DNA from: Candidatus Binatia bacterium
Lineage (GTDB): Bacteria; Desulfobacterota; Binatia; UTPRO1
Length of the DNA: 49,537 nucleotides
Assembly: GCA_041485125.1 (NCBI GenBank)
Contig: JBGPIT010000002.1
Coordinates: 1-49,537, forward strand
Direction: 5' to 3'
Below are positions 47,648 to 49,537 of the stretch, one piece after another. The number at the start of each line of letters is the position of its first letter. Positions within the stretch are counted from its first letter, which is position 1. The translations under genes were made by a program, and so were the position numbers. The notes below the pieces were generated by a model. It was not told where the DNA came from, did not search any database, and was given only the letters and a program-made list of their open reading frames with translations.

Positions 47648-49005
47648 TCGCGCGCTACACGCGGCCCGAGATGGCCAGGATCTGGGCCGACGAGACCCGC
47701 TACGGCCATTGGCTCGAGATCGAGATCCTGGCCTGCGAGGCACTTGCGAAGCGCGGCGAGGTGCCGAAGCGCGCCGTCCAGACGATTCGCAAGCGCGCGC
47801 GCATCGACGTCGCGCGCATCGAAGCGCTCGAGGCGGAGGTCCGCCACGACGTGATCGCGTTCGTGACGCAGGTCGCGGAGACGGTCGGGCCGGAGGGACG
47901 GTTCCTCCACCTCGGGCTCACCTCGTCGGACGTCCTCGACACCGGCTTCGCGCTCCAGCTGCGCGACGCCGCCACGCTCCTGCTCGCCGGCCAGGACCGC
48001 CTGATCGCCGCGCTCGGTGAGCTCGCGCGGCGCCACAAGAAGACGCTCATGATCGGCCGCACCCACGGCATGCACGCCGAGCCGATCACCTTCGGCCTGA
48101 AGGCGCTCGGCTGGCGCGCCGAGGCGGTGCGCAATCGCGAGCGGCTCGAGACCGCCGCCCGCGCGATCGCCGTCGGCAAGATCTCGGGCGCCGTCGGCGT
48201 CTTCGGCAACGTCGCGCCCGAGGTCGAGCGCTACGTCTGCGATCGGCTGGGTCTCGAGCCGGAGCCGGTCGCGACGCAAGTCGTTGCGCGCGATCGCCAC
48301 GCGCAGTTCTTCTCGACGCTCGCGCTCGTCGGCGGCGGTCTCGAGCGCATCGCGGTCGAGATCCGCCATCTGCAGCGCACCGAGGTCGGCGAGGCCGAGG
48401 AGCCGTTCTCGTCGACGCAGAAAGGCTCGTCGGCGATGCCGCACAAGCGGAACCCGATCCTCTCCGAGAACGTCACCGGCCTGGCGCGCCTGCTGCGTGG
48501 CTACGCCGGCGCCGCGCTCGAGAACGTCGCGCTCTGGCACGAGCGCGACATCAGCCACTCCTCGGTCGAGCGCGTGATCGCGCCCGACGCGACGATCGCC
48601 CTCGACTTCATGCTGGCCCGGCTGACCGGCGTGCTCGAGCGCTTGGTGGTGCGGCCGGAGCGCATGCGGCAGAACCTCGAGCGCAGCGGCGGCGTCGTGC
48701 TCTCGGAGGACGTCCTGCTCGCCTTGGTGCGTGCCGGCGCGCTCCGCGAGCACGCCTACCGCTGGGTGCAGCGCGCAGCGCACGCCGCGCTCGACGGCGA
48801 CGGCTCGTTCGCCGACGCCCTCGCCGCCGATCCCGAGGTGCGGAAGCGCCTCACGCGCAGCGAGATCGATCGACTGCTCGATCCGGCACGCCATCTCTCG
48901 CATCTCGACTTGCTCTTTCGCCGTGGCTTGGGTAGCAACGTGACGTCGCGATCTTCCCGGGCGCGCGCCGCACAAGCGCGGAGCTCTCGCGGGGTGTCCA
49001 AATGA
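47644..49005 (+). CDS. purB: Adenylosuccinate lyase
   Basis: 453 aa: [28 protein letters not shown]..., the fumarate-lyase signature [11 protein letters not shown], and THGMHAEP. Confidence 0.93.
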   Translation: MIARYTRPEMARIWADETRYGHWLEIEILACEALAKRGEVPKRAVQTIRKRARIDVARIEALEAEVRHDVIAFVTQVAETVGPEGRFLHLGLTSSDVLDTGFALQLRDAATLLLAGQDRLIAALGELARRHKKTLMIGRTHGMHAEPITFGLKALGWRAEAVRNRERLETAARAIAVGKISGAVGVFGNVAPEVERYVCDRLGLEPEPVATQVVARDRHAQFFSTLALVGGGLERIAVEIRHLQRTEVGEAEEPFSSTQKGSSAMPHKRNPILSENVTGLARLLRGYAGAALENVALWHERDISHSSVERVIAPDATIALDFMLARLTGVLERLVVRPERMRQNLERSGGVVLSEDVLLALVRAGALREHAYRWVQRAAHAALDGDGSFADALAADPEVRKRLTRSEIDRLLDPARHLSHLDLLFRRGLGSNVTSRSSRARAAQARSSRGVSK

Positions 49006-49537
49006 ACGGGACGGTAGAGGCGGGCGAGCTGCTGTACGAGGGCAAGGCGAAGAAGCTCTTCGCCACCAATGATCCGGATCTGCTCCTGCAGTACTTCAAG
49101 GACGACGCTACCGCCTTCAACGCCAAGAAGAAGGGCACGATCGCGCAGAAGGGCGTCCTCAACAACGCCATCTCGGAGATCTTCTTCCGTCTGCTCGAAG
49201 CCAACGGGGTGCCGACGCACTTCGTCCGCCGCCTCGACGAGCGCAACATGCTGGTGCGCAAGCTCCAGATCGTTCCCGTCGAGATGGTCATCCGCAACGT
49301 CGTCGCCGGCAGCCTCGCCAAGCGCCTCGGCATGGAAGAGGGCCGGGTGCTGCCCCGGCCGATCATCGAGTTCTTCTACAAGAGCGATCCGCTCGACGAT
49401 CCGATGATCAACGAGTGGCACGTCCTGGTCTTCGAGATGGCGACCAAGGCCGAGCTCGACGAGATGATCCGGCTCACCGAGAAGGTGAACGCCGTCCTGA
49501 AGCCCTTCCTCGCCGAGCGCGGCATCGTCCTGGTCGA
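49002..49537 (+). CDS. purC: Phosphoribosylaminoimidazole-succinocarboxamide synthase, N-terminal part; runs off the right edge
   Basis: ATG 49002 makes an ATGA overlap with the purB stop. My own translation: [62 protein letters not shown]...VEMVIRNVVAGSLAKRLG. Confidence 0.9.
   Translation, partial: MNGTVEAGELLYEGKAKKLFATNDPDLLLQYFKDDATAFNAKKKGTIAQKGVLNNAISEIFFRLLEANGVPTHFVRRLDERNMLVRKLQIVPVEMVIRNVVAGSLAKRLGMEEGRVLPRPIIEFFYKSDPLDDPMINEWHVLVFEMATKAELDEMIRLTEKVNAVLKPFLAERGIVLV

Noticed and set aside
47263-48975. 570 aa minus-strand ORF
   Set aside because: It is antisense to the M16 peptidase and purB. This is a shadow frame.

Overview
Very GC-rich (roughly 70% by eye, not computed) chromosomal segment from a diderm bacterium (lpxD, lptE and murJ are present). 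I call about 55 protein genes. I saw no rRNA, tRNA, CRISPR array, IS element or integrase.

Most of the window is core housekeeping, in conserved syntenic blocks:
- coxB-ctaD (left edge, partial) and hisI-hisG
- lpxD, then yceD-rpmF-fabD-fabG-acpP
- glyA-nrdR-ribD-ribBA-ribH-nusB
- leuS-lptE-holA, then rpsT and murJ (divergent), mazG, grxC
- an ACT-domain protein next to a two-subunit ADP-forming acyl-CoA synthetase
- purN, comF, yqeY, greA, an acyl-CoA ligase
- rimP-nusA-ylxR-infB-DUF503-rbfA-truB-rpsO-pnp-M16 peptidase-purB-purC (right edge, partial)

The one clearly accessory block lies at about 22.8-31.5 kb. It is a translationally coupled six-gene operon: HAD hydrolase, GxGxR nucleotidyltransferase, ATP-grasp protein, class-III aminotransferase, Gfo/Idh/MocA dehydrogenase, and a two-domain CDP-alcohol phosphotransferase. 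A divergently transcribed second two-domain CDP-alcohol phosphotransferase and an MprF-type flippase-like membrane protein sit next to it. I do not recognise this combination as a characterised pathway. I propose it as a candidate system for an aminated polyol- or sugar-phosphate lipid head group, or a phosphodiester solute.

Many long ORFs in the six-frame track are Arg/Pro/Gly-rich shadow frames typical of high-GC DNA, and I rejected them. All family assignments come from motif recognition in the translations. No database search was run.
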